Of a DNA stretch of 64,000 nucleotides, positions 18,628 through 28,237 are shown one piece after another. The stretch's first letter is position 1. The number at the start of each line of letters is the position of its first letter. Both the position numbers and the translations under genes were made by a program. The stretch lies in assembly GCA_902774115.1 (NCBI GenBank), contig CACYHH010000002.1, forward strand, positions 115,894-179,893. Reading direction: 5' to 3'. The notes under the pieces were generated by a model. It was not told the origin of the DNA. It did not search any database and saw only the letters and a list, made by a program, of their open reading frames with translations. Source of the DNA: an uncultured Spirochaetales bacterium. GTDB taxonomy: Bacteria > UBP6 > UBA1177.

Positions 18628-20806
18628 CGTTTCTTGAATCGTCTCTCGGTCTAGGCGGTCTTGCAGGTCTCTCTTTCGTCCAGTCTTTGTCGAAGTCGCC
18701 CGGTTTCATGCTGAGTTTGAATTTGCCGCCTGCCTCTATTTCGGTGACTATTACGCGGACTTTCTGACCCAAATGCAGATAATCGTTTACGTTTTCTACT
18801 CTTTCGTCGGAAATTTTGCTGACGTGGAGAAGACCTGTCGTACCTCTCCAGATTTCGACGAATGCGCCGTATTCTTCAATTCTTGTAACTTCGCCTTCAT
18901 AGACTTTGCCGAGTTCGACATCGTCGGTGAACGATTTTACGAGAGCGATCGTTGCATTAAGAACTTCCTGATTCTTTGCCGAAATCGTGACGGTTCCGTC
19001 CTGCTCGACTTCAACATCAGCGCCGGTTTCCTCGATGATTGATTTGATGTTTTTGCCGCCTGTTCCGATGAGATCTTTGATCTTGTCGACATCGATCTTG
19101 AGTTGGCAGAGTTTCGGAGCGTTCGGGCTGAGTTCCGGTCTCGGAGCTGCAATCGCCTTTTCCATTTCGCCGATGATGTGCATTCTTCCGACTTTCGCCT
19201 GAAGCATAGCGCGCTCCATGACTTCTTTCGGCAGACCTTTGATTTTGATATCCATCTGGATCGCTGTGATACCGTCTTTTGAACCAGCGACTTTGAAATC
19301 CATGTCGCCGAGGTGGTCTTCATCGCCAAGAATATCGGAAAGGATGTAGAAATCGTTTCCGTCCTGAATAAGTCCCATTGCGATTCCGGCAACGTGTTTT
19401 TTAACGGGAACACCTGCATCCATAAGTGCGAGCGAGCCCGAGCAGACTGTTGCCTGGGAAGACGAACCATTCGATTCCATGATTTCGGAAACAAGTCTTA
19501 CAGTGTAGGGGAACTCTTCTTTCGGCGGGATTATTGCGGAAAGTGCTCTTTCAGCAAGGTTTCCGTGGCCGAGTTCACGTCTTCCCGGAGATTTAAGTCT
19601 TGCGACTTCGCCGACTGAGAAAGGCGGGAAATTGTAGTGAAGCATGAAGCGTTTGCTCGAGCCTTCGGTAACGGTGTCAACTTTCTGCTCGTCTTTGCCG
19701 ATTCCGAGTGTGAGAACGCCGAGAGACTGGGTTTCACCGCGTGTGAAAACAGCTGATCCGTGGGTCATCGGAAGAACGCCGAGGTCAATCGTAATCGGTC
19801 TGATCGAAGTGAGATCCCTGCCGTCAATTCTTCTGTTTTCGGTGATTATCTGATGTCTCATCGCATATTTGAGGTAGTCGTCGAAGAAGGTTTTCGCGCG
19901 GTTGATGACGGTCTGCGGCTCGTCAATGTTCATAAAGTCCGCACCTTCCTCGATTTTTTTGGTTACTCTTTCTACGAGTTCAGCCTTTGCTTCGTCGAGA
20001 AGTGCGTATCTTTTGAGCTTTTCGGTCGTCGAAAGAGCTTCCTTAACGATTTCTTCGCAGTTTTCATGGACGAATTTTTCAAGATTTTCGTCTTTTACTC
20101 TTGCAACTTCAGCTCTTTTTACAGGATTGATCTGTTTTGCAAGTTTGTCCTGCATTTCAAGAAGCGGCTGAATTGCCTGATGACCGAGTTCTATCGCGCG
20201 GGTCATATCTTCTTCGCTTACTTCCTTCGATTCGCCTTCGACCATGACGATCGAGTCATAGTTTCCTGCTACAGTGATGTCGATGTCGTAGTCTTCATCG
20301 TCGCTGACAGCCGGATTTATCATGAATTCACCGTTCTTTCTGACAACTCTGCATCCTGCGACCGGACCATTGAAAGGAATGTCCGAAATCATAAGAGCAG
20401 CAGAAGCGGCCGTAATCGACATTACTCTCGGATCGCAGTTCGGATCGAAGCTGAGAAGGTTTACGAGAATCTGCGTCTCGTTGGTGAACCAGTCTGCAAA
20501 CATCGGTCTGAGCGGTCTGTCGATAAGACGTGACGTAAGTTTTTCCTGCGTGCTCGGCTGGGATTCTCTTTTGAGGAAACCGCCCGGAAATCTGCCCGCA
20601 GCGTAGAATTTTTCGGTGTAGTCAACTGTAAGCGGAAAGAAATCGCTGTCAGCGACCGGATCTCCTTTTGCCGCGACGACTGTCGCAAGAACAACTGTTC
20701 CGCCGTAGTTGCACCATATCGCGCCGTCAGCCTGTTTCGCATAGCGGCCTGTCGTGAGTGATAAATCTTTGCCGTTAAAAACTATAGATTCTTTTACCGG
20801 ATTCAT
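18581..20806 (-). CDS. pnp: Polyribonucleotide nucleotidyltransferase
   Basis: FFPLTVDY, SRLIDRPLRP, FTRGETQ, RRELGHG, SNGSSS, GDMDFKVAG, KH and S1 domains. Confidence 0.97.
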   Translation of the reverse strand: MNPVKESIVFNGKDLSLTTGRYAKQADGAIWCNYGGTVVLATVVAAKGDPVADSDFFPLTVDYTEKFYAAGRFPGGFLKRESQPSTQEKLTSRLIDRPLRPMFADWFTNETQILVNLLSFDPNCDPRVMSITAASAALMISDIPFNGPVAGCRVVRKNGEFMINPAVSDDEDYDIDITVAGNYDSIVMVEGESKEVSEEDMTRAIELGHQAIQPLLEMQDKLAKQINPVKRAEVARVKDENLEKFVHENCEEIVKEALSTTEKLKRYALLDEAKAELVERVTKKIEEGADFMNIDEPQTVINRAKTFFDDYLKYAMRHQIITENRRIDGRDLTSIRPITIDLGVLPMTHGSAVFTRGETQSLGVLTLGIGKDEQKVDTVTEGSSKRFMLHYNFPPFSVGEVARLKSPGRRELGHGNLAERALSAIIPPKEEFPYTVRLVSEIMESNGSSSQATVCSGSLALMDAGVPVKKHVAGIAMGLIQDGNDFYILSDILGDEDHLGDMDFKVAGSKDGITAIQMDIKIKGLPKEVMERAMLQAKVGRMHIIGEMEKAIAAPRPELSPNAPKLCQLKIDVDKIKDLIGTGGKNIKSIIEETGADVEVEQDGTVTISAKNQEVLNATIALVKSFTDDVELGKVYEGEVTRIEEYGAFVEIWRGTTGLLHVSKISDERVENVNDYLHLGQKVRVIVTEIEAGGKFKLSMKPGDFDKDWTKERPARPPRPRDDSRNGERRGGDRGGRENHR

Positions 20807-20870
20807 TTTGCCTCTTTAAAAATTAGATTGTGAATTGAAAAAAACTGGAAACGCGAAAGAAAAATGTCGA

Positions 20871-21137
20871 TTACTTACGCAGACCAAGTTCTTTAATAAG
20901 TGCCGTATATCTGTCAAAACTGTTCCCCTTGATGTAGTTGAGAAGTTTCTGTCTTCTGCCAACCATCTTGAGAAGTCCGAGTCTTGAGTGATTGTCTTTC
21001 TGGTGTGTTTTAAAATGTTCAGTAAGTTCATTGATTCTTGCGGTGAGAATCGCAACCTGAACCTCAGGCGAACCCGTGTCGCCTTCTTTTGTTGCGAACT
21101 GAGCGATAACAGCTGATTTTTTTTCTTTATCAAGCAT
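20871..21137 (-). CDS. rpsO: 30S ribosomal protein S15
   Basis: [22 protein letters not shown]; classic rpsO-pnp order. Confidence 0.97.
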   Translation of the reverse strand: MLDKEKKSAVIAQFATKEGDTGSPEVQVAILTARINELTEHFKTHQKDNHSRLGLLKMVGRRQKLLNYIKGNSFDRYTALIKELGLRK

Positions 21138-21179
21138 ACCCTAAATCCTCCAATAACAAGGGTCAAAAAAAACGCGGGA

Positions 21180-21207
21180 ATTATACGGAAGTACGGCAAA
21201 AAGTCAA
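21180..21207 (-). promoter_or_regulatory. Sigma70-type promoter of rpsO-pnp-dut
   Basis: TTGACT-N16-TATAAT. Confidence 0.75.
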
Positions 21208-21305
21208 AAAAATTGTACCCGTTTGAAAGTTTTCTTCGAAAATATTCAATAGAATCAATATGTTGCAATTCTCGAGACAAGCCGGAAGATTCTTGTGAAT
21301 TATAT

Positions 21306-21734
21306 TTAGTAGCCTTCACAGTCGTTGTTAAGTTCATCAGTCGCCCGGTCGCAGTCGATGTCGTCCCAGGTGCCTTCGCATTTGTATTTTTTACCATTGT
21401 ATTCATACCATCTGCTGCCGTTTTCATCTGTGCAGACTTTGTAGTCACACGCGCTGCCGGTGCCGTATTCGCAATTAGTCTGGCCGCAGGCTTTGTAAAC
21501 TTCCTCGACAGCCTTGTCGCAGTCAATATCTTCGTTTTTGCCTTCGCATTTGTATTTTTGGTCTTCATACTCGAACCATCCTGTCCCTTTGCTTTCATTC
21601 ACGCAGAGTGTAACTTCTGAACCCGGACACATCCATTCACCGACGTCCTCGCACTGGACATCTTCGTCGCCGCCGCACGAAACAAGCGCGAACAGGCTGA
21701 GAACAAAAATCATTGCTTCCAAAAATTTTTTCAT
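21306..21734 (-). CDS. Small Cys-rich lipoprotein with two internal repeats
   Basis: ALVSCGG lipobox; two copies of C...W[FY]EY..KYKCEG...IDCD.A. Confidence 0.75.
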   Translation of the reverse strand: MKKFLEAMIFVLSLFALVSCGGDEDVQCEDVGEWMCPGSEVTLCVNESKGTGWFEYEDQKYKCEGKNEDIDCDKAVEEVYKACGQTNCEYGTGSACDYKVCTDENGSRWYEYNGKKYKCEGTWDDIDCDRATDELNNDCEGY

Positions 21735-21847
21735 GACAAATCTCCAACGTAAAAATCGCAAAAAACGTAGTATTTTAGCTGAAAAGGAATTTTAGTCCAT
21801 TTAAAGATGTCAAATGAGATAATTATGAATTTAGAATCAAGATCGTT

Positions 21848-22102
21848 TTAGAGTCCCATGCAATCCATAACGATTGTCTGAGCTGCTTCCGAACAGTCAG
21901 CAGTTGCACCGCTGCCTTTGCATTCGTACTTTTTGCCATTGTATTCATACCATACTTTGCCGCCTTCTTTAGCACAAGCCTTGTAATTGCAGCTATCATC
22001 GTTGCTGTCTTCGCAGTGAGTTGAGCCGCCGTCGCTGCCGCCGCAGGAAACGAGTGCAAATACGCTGAATACAAAAATCATTGTTGCAAAAAACTTCTTC
22101 AT
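21848..22102 (-). CDS. Small Cys-rich lipoprotein, one-repeat paralog
   Basis: Near-identical signal peptide (MKKF...MIFV..FALVSCGG); WYEYNGKKYECKG...DC. Confidence 0.75.
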   Translation of the reverse strand: MKKFFATMIFVFSVFALVSCGGSDGGSTHCEDSNDDSCNYKACAKEGGKVWYEYNGKKYECKGSGATADCSEAAQTIVMDCMGL

Positions 22103-22175
22103 AACAAACCTCCAAAGTAAAAATTACGAAAAAAACGCATTATTTTAGATAAAAATCCATTGAAATCAATTTTTT

Positions 22176-22781
22176 CTATTTTTCGTAATAAAGTTTGAAA
22201 GTTTTATTGAAATCAATGAGTTCTTTGTTCAGTTCGGTGTTTGCCGCGGCTATGTTTGAAATGGTTTTCTTGATATCGTTTCTGTTTGAAACCATTTTTG
22301 CAGCCCATTTGGTGTACATTTTTTCAAGCGATGAAACAGAAGAGGTCAGATAAAGCAGTTTTCCGTATTCTGTGCCGTAGATTTTGTCGATAAAGTCTTC
22401 AAAACTGGCTGAAGTCTTCTTTTTTTCGAGAAGCTGCACGAATTCCTGAGCGATAATGAGTTTTATCGATTCATCGTTTGCCAGATTTACGAGTCCGCAG
22501 CTTTTTTCGATGTTCCCCTGCATGAAATTGAGGAGATATTCGGCGTTTGCAAAGACGTTTGTCGCCACGTTTTTGTGTTCCAGAGCCTTTTTGTAAAGCT
22601 CCGAAACGGCGTTTGCAAGTGCTTTGTTTTTCTGCGGAAGTTCTTTGCACTGGTTTTTCGCGCTGTTTAAAAGTATAGCCGACTGGTTATAAAGCTGAGA
22701 CGCGAAAATCTGTGTTTCCTCCTGCTGCGCGCTTAAAAAACCGAAAGTTAAAATGGTGAGAACAAAAACGATTTTTTTCAT
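22176..22781 (-). CDS. Hypothetical secreted helical protein
   Basis: Sec signal MKKIVFVLTILTFGFLSA; 2-nt gap to the upstream gene. Confidence 0.6.
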   Translation of the reverse strand: MKKIVFVLTILTFGFLSAQQEETQIFASQLYNQSAILLNSAKNQCKELPQKNKALANAVSELYKKALEHKNVATNVFANAEYLLNFMQGNIEKSCGLVNLANDESIKLIIAQEFVQLLEKKKTSASFEDFIDKIYGTEYGKLLYLTSSVSSLEKMYTKWAAKMVSNRNDIKKTISNIAAANTELNKELIDFNKTFKLYYEK

Positions 22782-22783
22782 CG

Positions 22784-24658
22784 TTATCTCAGTGATGCCG
22801 AGATTTCAAAACGGTAGGCACGGAATGCCGAAAATTCGTTTACAGGATAATCGTCGTCGATGTATCTGTCGAGTGTTATTCTGTTTTTCTCGGAATTGTC
22901 CTTTGGGTCGATCTCGACTATGAATGCTCCGACCGGACCTTCGCCGTACTGTTTTCTGAACATTTCGGGAATGAAGGAAGATCCGAGAGAGCCTGAAGTT
23001 ATGAGGCGGTTGCCGTTTTCAAGCTCGTTCGCACCGCTTACGATGAGGCTCATCGAATACCACATCGGGTCATCGTTAAGAACGTATTCCCAGATCTGCT
23101 GGATTGTTCCGCCGTAACCGTCCTTGTCGGGAACGATTTTGTATTCGACGACTCTGCTGTAGTGGTACATTGAAATCGGCGGGAATCCGAAATTCCTTGC
23201 CAGGCCGTTGTCGAAAAGCATGAGGTTTCCGTTTTTGAGGATCGTCGGGTTGTGTGCGCGGAAAGGCCATGAGAAATCTTCGTGCGCCTCTAATCCTTGT
23301 TTTACGGACAAGTCTTCGATTTCTTTGCCGTTTTTGTCAAGCGGAGTGAGGAAGAACTCCGGGTATTTAAACTCGAATTCGGAGTAAACTTTGTAAGGGA
23401 TTCCGTTGATCGGAGCTCTTTCGTTGACATATTTTTCACCTGCAACGGTTTTGCCGTCATCGGTTTTCTGCGAGTAGTCGCCGACCCATGTCATCTGGTT
23501 CGCCGGGTCGTATTTGGACATGAAGGAATCGCTGAGTCCGTCTTTGTCGGCATCGTCGATAAGACCGAAAAGATGAGGCGCGAGATACCATTTTACATAT
23601 CCGGAGTGGGTAAGTTTCACGATTCCTGCGGTCTGCGATCCGACAATTATCGAATCGTCCGACTCGTCGTAGAAAATCGCGTTGTGATGGATCGGGTTGT
23701 TCGTCTGTCCCGGAATTTCGGTGCTTGTAGGCTGCATGTCCATGAAAAGATCGGCAAGATCTGGGAAAGTGTCGTTCAGGTTCCACGCACCGCGCAGCTG
23801 CGGATTTGCAGGATCGTTCGGGTTGATTTCGATGACTCTGTCCTCGATATAGCCGCTGTCTTTTTTGTCAACGCCGAGAAGATAGTTGCCGTCGGGTTTT
23901 ATGAAAACTTCGTGGTGAACGTTTTTGTAGCCGAGCGGAGCGACATCGATATCTTCAAGAACATAACCCATGAAATCATATTTTGTAACGTGGGTTTCAG
24001 CTTCTCCTCCGCCGCAGTAGAAGGTGTCGTCTTTTATGACTATCGGGAAACATACAGGAAACGCCAGATCGCTGTACCAGCGGACTCTTCCGAGCTCGTC
24101 AAGCGCGATACCGTTCATTTCGGTTCTCGAACGGGGAGTTCTGAGCCAGTTGACCATCGTCCAGCCTGAATTTATCGTTCCCGTCATTTCTATTGCCGGA
24201 AAGTCTTTAGGCAGATTGCCGGTTTTGAGAGTGAAAGTCTTTTCGTCGACTGTTTTTCCGCTTTCATCCAAAGCCGAAACCGTAACTTTGTTTTTGTAAG
24301 CCGGAAAAAGCCCGAGAACAGGGATTTTCACAGTTTCCGCGGCATCTGCAACGGTGTATTCACGCGAAAAAGGCTCTTTGCCTGCTTCTTTGTCGGCAAC
24401 TTTTACCGAAACTTTCGCGATACCTGCCGACTTCATCGGAATTTCGGCGCTGAGCGGAATATTTCCCGAAGGATTTATCTTCGGCATCGAGAAAACCGAA
24501 CCAGTCAGATCGACATCGTCACCATCATCGTCGGTTTCTTCCGTATCGCTGTCGTTGTTTTCATTGTCGCCGTCGTTTTCTGATTTAGAACCGCCGCCGC
24601 ACGAAACAAGCATCGAAAAAACAACCATAAGTGCTGTCAGAACAAAAAATCTTTTCAT
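22784..24658 (-). CDS. Aryl-sulfate sulfotransferase (ASST family) lipoprotein
   Basis: LVSCGG lipobox, INPSGNIPLSA and IPVLGL Ig-like N-domain, NVHHE, HHNAIFYD, AHNP, LMLFDNG, YSRVVEY. Confidence 0.82.
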   Translation of the reverse strand: MKRFFVLTALMVVFSMLVSCGGGSKSENDGDNENNDSDTEETDDDGDDVDLTGSVFSMPKINPSGNIPLSAEIPMKSAGIAKVSVKVADKEAGKEPFSREYTVADAAETVKIPVLGLFPAYKNKVTVSALDESGKTVDEKTFTLKTGNLPKDFPAIEMTGTINSGWTMVNWLRTPRSRTEMNGIALDELGRVRWYSDLAFPVCFPIVIKDDTFYCGGGEAETHVTKYDFMGYVLEDIDVAPLGYKNVHHEVFIKPDGNYLLGVDKKDSGYIEDRVIEINPNDPANPQLRGAWNLNDTFPDLADLFMDMQPTSTEIPGQTNNPIHHNAIFYDESDDSIIVGSQTAGIVKLTHSGYVKWYLAPHLFGLIDDADKDGLSDSFMSKYDPANQMTWVGDYSQKTDDGKTVAGEKYVNERAPINGIPYKVYSEFEFKYPEFFLTPLDKNGKEIEDLSVKQGLEAHEDFSWPFRAHNPTILKNGNLMLFDNGLARNFGFPPISMYHYSRVVEYKIVPDKDGYGGTIQQIWEYVLNDDPMWYSMSLIVSGANELENGNRLITSGSLGSSFIPEMFRKQYGEGPVGAFIVEIDPKDNSEKNRITLDRYIDDDYPVNEFSAFRAYRFEISASLR

Positions 24659-24689
24659 ATCAACCTCTTTAAATGAGATCTCACTTTTT

Positions 24690-24725
24690 GTTCCCATCTC
24701 CACAGTGGAGGGGGTAGGGGTGAGG
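24690..24725 (-). repeat. BoxC/REP-like imperfect palindrome
   Basis: CCTCACCCCTACCCCCTCCACTGTGGAGATGGGAAC resembles the CCCTCACCCnnnCCCTCTCC-N-GGAGAGGG repeat family. Confidence 0.45.
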
Positions 24726-24780
24726 TCAAAACCGCAATATTATACTCAATTTTTTGGAAAATAAAAGCATGAACGCCGCC

Positions 24781-24808
24781 TTTACACTTTTTCCGTTTCT
24801 GCTAAAAT
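24781..24808 (+). promoter_or_regulatory. Sigma70-type promoter of the MoxR gene
   Basis: TTTACA-N16-TAAAAT. Confidence 0.65.
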
Positions 24809-24833
24809 CGGCAGTCTTTTGATTGGAGGAAAT

Positions 24834-25775
24834 ATGGAAAGCGCGGAACTTCAGCAGATTTTAAACGATGTCAAAAACAATGTTGCAAAGTTGGTGAAAG
24901 GGCATGATAACGTCCTTACAAAAACGGTCTGTGCCTTCTTTTCGGGCGGTCATCTGCTTCTTGAAGATGTTCCCGGCACGGGCAAAACCACGCTTGCAAA
25001 AGCTCTTGCGAAATCGCTCGGCATGAAGTTCAGCCGTATTCAGTTCACTCCCGATCTGATGCCTTCCGATATTACCGGAGTTTCGATTTTCAATCCGAAA
25101 ACTTCATCTTTCGAGTTCAAAAAAGGACCGGTTTTCGCAAACATGATCCTTGCCGACGAGATCAACCGCGCTTCTCCGAGAACTCAGTCGGCGATGCTTG
25201 AGGCGATGGGTGAAGGGCAGGTGAGTACCGATGCGGGGCAATTCGTTCTCGAAAAGCCGTTTTTTGTCATCGCGACGCAGAACAACATCGAATCAAAGGG
25301 AACCTACGCGCTGCCGGAATCACAGATGGACCGCTTTGCTATGAAACTTTCACTCGGATACGTTTCAGCCGAAGCCGAAATGGAGATTCTGAACGGCCGC
25401 GGTTTTGTGACTGCACTTGATGAGCTGAAGCCTGCGGTTTCGTTCGAAAAGGTATGTGAAGCGATCCGCGCGGTCGAAGAAATCAAGGTGAGTGACGAAC
25501 TCAAATACTTTGTGATAACGCTTGTCAACGCGACTCGAAGCGCTCCTAACGTGAAGCTCGGCGCAAGTCCGAGAGGTGCTATTTCGCTGATGAAAGTGTC
25601 TCAGGCTGCAGCGGCATTCGACGGGCGTGACTTCGTTATTCCGGATGATATTCTCTCAAATGCCGTTCCGGTCCTTGCACACAGGCTGATCCTCGACAAT
25701 TCGGCATTTGTTTCGGGTACTTCAAAAGAAAAGGTCATCGCTTCGATTCTTGAAAATATCAAAGTTCCTGTTTGA
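24834..25775 (+). CDS. MoxR-family AAA+ ATPase
   Basis: LLEDVPGTGKT, RIQFTPDLMPSD, ADEINRA, ATQN, GASPRG. Confidence 0.92.
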   Translation: MESAELQQILNDVKNNVAKLVKGHDNVLTKTVCAFFSGGHLLLEDVPGTGKTTLAKALAKSLGMKFSRIQFTPDLMPSDITGVSIFNPKTSSFEFKKGPVFANMILADEINRASPRTQSAMLEAMGEGQVSTDAGQFVLEKPFFVIATQNNIESKGTYALPESQMDRFAMKLSLGYVSAEAEMEILNGRGFVTALDELKPAVSFEKVCEAIRAVEEIKVSDELKYFVITLVNATRSAPNVKLGASPRGAISLMKVSQAAAAFDGRDFVIPDDILSNAVPVLAHRLILDNSAFVSGTSKEKVIASILENIKVPV

Positions 25776-25786
25776 TGATTGTTTAT

Positions 25787-27364
25787 TTACTGAGCTGATC
25801 CGCAGCCTTCTTCCTTGCCCGGAACGATGACTTTGATTTCACGGCTGTCGAGAACGATTCCTTCGCCTTTAGCTTCAACCGTTATGCGGAAATTGTGCGG
25901 TTCGCAGTCGTTGTTTTTGTGGATTGTGTTCTCGAAAGTTACTTCGAAAGATGCTGTTTCTCCCGCTTTTACGGTTTTTCCTGCTTCAGGATAGATTGAT
26001 TTTACGAATTGTGTCGTATTCTCCACACCGTAATTGTTTCCGGCATGTTTGAACTGCGCTTTGACATCGAGTTTTATGTTGTCGGTCAGATTTTTGACGG
26101 CTTCCGCTATCTGTGCGGAGAAAGTTTCATCGTCGGCATTAACGGAAATATTGAAATTATTACCGGCTGTATCTTGTGACAAAGTGTTTCCTGCCACGCT
26201 TTTAAATCCGTTGGCAGGATTGGTTGTTTTATAAGAAACACCGATGAATTTCGCGTTTATTTCACTCATTTTCGCAGCGGCTTTAACAGCTGTCTTTTCC
26301 AGAGTATAAGTGTTTCCGTTGACACTTTCTCTCCATTCGTCGTAGTAGTCGCCGTTGTTTTTCTTCCGGAGAAAATTGTTGAAAGTTTGCGTGCTGGCCA
26401 TTACGAAAACCGGCATAGAGTTGTCTCTGAAACACGCGCCGCCGCGGTTTCCGATTTGACCGGTGCAGTCGGCAGCATCGATGTTTATTGTTTTATATGT
26501 GGCGTTGCATACAGCATTGTTGTCACAAAGGATCAGGTATTCTTTGTCTTCTTCGCCTGAAGCCGCCTCCCAAAGGGCGAGACCGTGGTATGTCCTTGTT
26601 CCAGAAGTTATTTTGGTAATTCCGTCGACTGCGTTTCTGACGTCATTCGGGTCTGTCGTAATCGGCTGAACCAGATTGTAAGCGTTTCCTGCCTCAACGA
26701 CTCCCAATGTGACGAGTCCGAACGCCGAATCTGAAATTTTTTCCCTGATTCCGTCAATAATTGCAGTTTTTACATTCGCTTTCAGGTTATCGTGTGCAGC
26801 AGACATTGATGAATAAAGTTCGACCATAAGCAGAACATCGATTTTTCTGACTGTTGTGTCGAAATCTATAGTTTTATCGACTGATGCGCCGTTGTATGGC
26901 AGAACGACTTCAAAATCGTATTCATCTTCAGGTTCTTCGCCTGAATCCTGATCTGTATCGTTCTGTGCGCCGTCGTTATCGGTCATGCCGTCTTCATCAG
27001 ATGCCGGATCGTCCTGATCTTCATGCTCATCAGGATCGGAAGTGTCTGCATCATCGTCAGCCGCCGTGTCGTTGTATTCTGGAGTATTGTTTTCTGAATC
27101 GTCGGCAGGATCGGTGTCGTTTGCATCTTTGTCGGGTTGAGAATCGCCCGAATCATCGGTCGAATCAGCGTTGTCGTCAGTTTTATCGCTGTTTGAGTCC
27201 GTGTCTGAATCGTTTCTGTTTTCGGAATTTTCGTCATCAGAAACGATATTTTCATTATTGTCGGATGCTTCACTATCCAAATCTGTTTCCGGTAAAACAG
27301 GGTCGTCTCCGCAGCTTAAAATGAAAAAAAGTGCAAAAACAGGAAGCAAAAATTTTAATTTCAT
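25787..27364 (-). CDS. Lipoprotein with long acidic linker and degenerate vWA-like domain
   Basis: ILSCG lipobox, ~130-aa D-rich tether, KIDVLLMVELYSSM (MIDAS-like position), GGACFRDNSMPVFV. Confidence 0.6.
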   Translation of the reverse strand: MKLKFLLPVFALFFILSCGDDPVLPETDLDSEASDNNENIVSDDENSENRNDSDTDSNSDKTDDNADSTDDSGDSQPDKDANDTDPADDSENNTPEYNDTAADDDADTSDPDEHEDQDDPASDEDGMTDNDGAQNDTDQDSGEEPEDEYDFEVVLPYNGASVDKTIDFDTTVRKIDVLLMVELYSSMSAAHDNLKANVKTAIIDGIREKISDSAFGLVTLGVVEAGNAYNLVQPITTDPNDVRNAVDGITKITSGTRTYHGLALWEAASGEEDKEYLILCDNNAVCNATYKTINIDAADCTGQIGNRGGACFRDNSMPVFVMASTQTFNNFLRKKNNGDYYDEWRESVNGNTYTLEKTAVKAAAKMSEINAKFIGVSYKTTNPANGFKSVAGNTLSQDTAGNNFNISVNADDETFSAQIAEAVKNLTDNIKLDVKAQFKHAGNNYGVENTTQFVKSIYPEAGKTVKAGETASFEVTFENTIHKNNDCEPHNFRITVEAKGEGIVLDSREIKVIVPGKEEGCGSAQ

Positions 27365-27382
27365 AATATTCTCCGAATGTTT

Positions 27383-28228
27383 TTAAACGATTTCAAGGGT
27401 GAGATTGATGTCTTTCGCGACAGCGGAGTGAGTAAGTGCTCCGACCGAAATGAAGTCGGCTCCGAGTTTTGAAAGCTCGTTGATCCTTTCAAGGGTGACG
27501 CCTCCCGAGATCTCGATTTTCGCGCTGTCACCGATTATTTCGATAGCTTCAGCCATCATGTCATAGTCCATGTTGTCAAGCATGATCACGTCGGCTTTTG
27601 CCGCAAGAGCTTCCTTTACTTCATCGAGATTTGTTGTTTCGACTTCGATTTTGAGAAGGTGATGGATTTTATTTCTGACGTTTTCGACTGCCTGCGTGAT
27701 CGAACCTGCGAGAACTATGTGGTTGTCTTTGATCATCACGCCGTCGTCAAGCCCGAAGCGGTGGTTGCTGCCTCCGCCCGTGCGGACTGCGTATTTTTCG
27801 AGAGTTCTGAGCCCGGGAGTCGTTTTTCTCGTGTCGGCGATTTTTGTTTCGGAATATTTGTCTATTTCTTTCACGTATTCGGCAGTGAGCGATGCGATGC
27901 CGCTCAGTCTCTGCAGGAAGTTGAGAGCTGTTCTTTCGCCTTTAAGAATCGATGCTGCATTTCCCGAAATGTTCATTATTCTTTCTCCTGCGCAGAGTTT
28001 TTCACCGTCACGCGCCAGAAGTTCAATATCAAGAGTTTCGTCAATAAATTCAAATATATATGCTGCCAAGTCAACTCCGCAAAGCACGAGGTCGCTTTTC
28101 GCCTTGATGAAAGCCCTGCCGTTACGCGGCTCATCGCAGACAAAGTTTGTCGTAACATCGCCGCGCCCCAGATCCTCTCTGATGACATACGCTATAAATT
28201 CCTTGGTCACATAGTCGGGACATCTCAT
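27383..28228 (-). CDS. nadC: Nicotinate-nucleotide pyrophosphorylase (carboxylating)
   Basis: ERTALNFLQ, DTRKTTPG, HRFGLDD, IKDNH, EISGG, ISVGALTHS. Confidence 0.96.
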   Translation of the reverse strand: MRCPDYVTKEFIAYVIREDLGRGDVTTNFVCDEPRNGRAFIKAKSDLVLCGVDLAAYIFEFIDETLDIELLARDGEKLCAGERIMNISGNAASILKGERTALNFLQRLSGIASLTAEYVKEIDKYSETKIADTRKTTPGLRTLEKYAVRTGGGSNHRFGLDDGVMIKDNHIVLAGSITQAVENVRNKIHHLLKIEVETTNLDEVKEALAAKADVIMLDNMDYDMMAEAIEIIGDSAKIEISGGVTLERINELSKLGADFISVGALTHSAVAKDINLTLEIV

Positions 28229-28237
28229 TTTTCTCTC

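Noticed and set aside
20816-21598. 260-aa minus-strand ORF spanning rpsO and the lipoprotein gene
   Set aside because: Out-of-frame overlap with two better-supported genes and crosses the rpsO promoter
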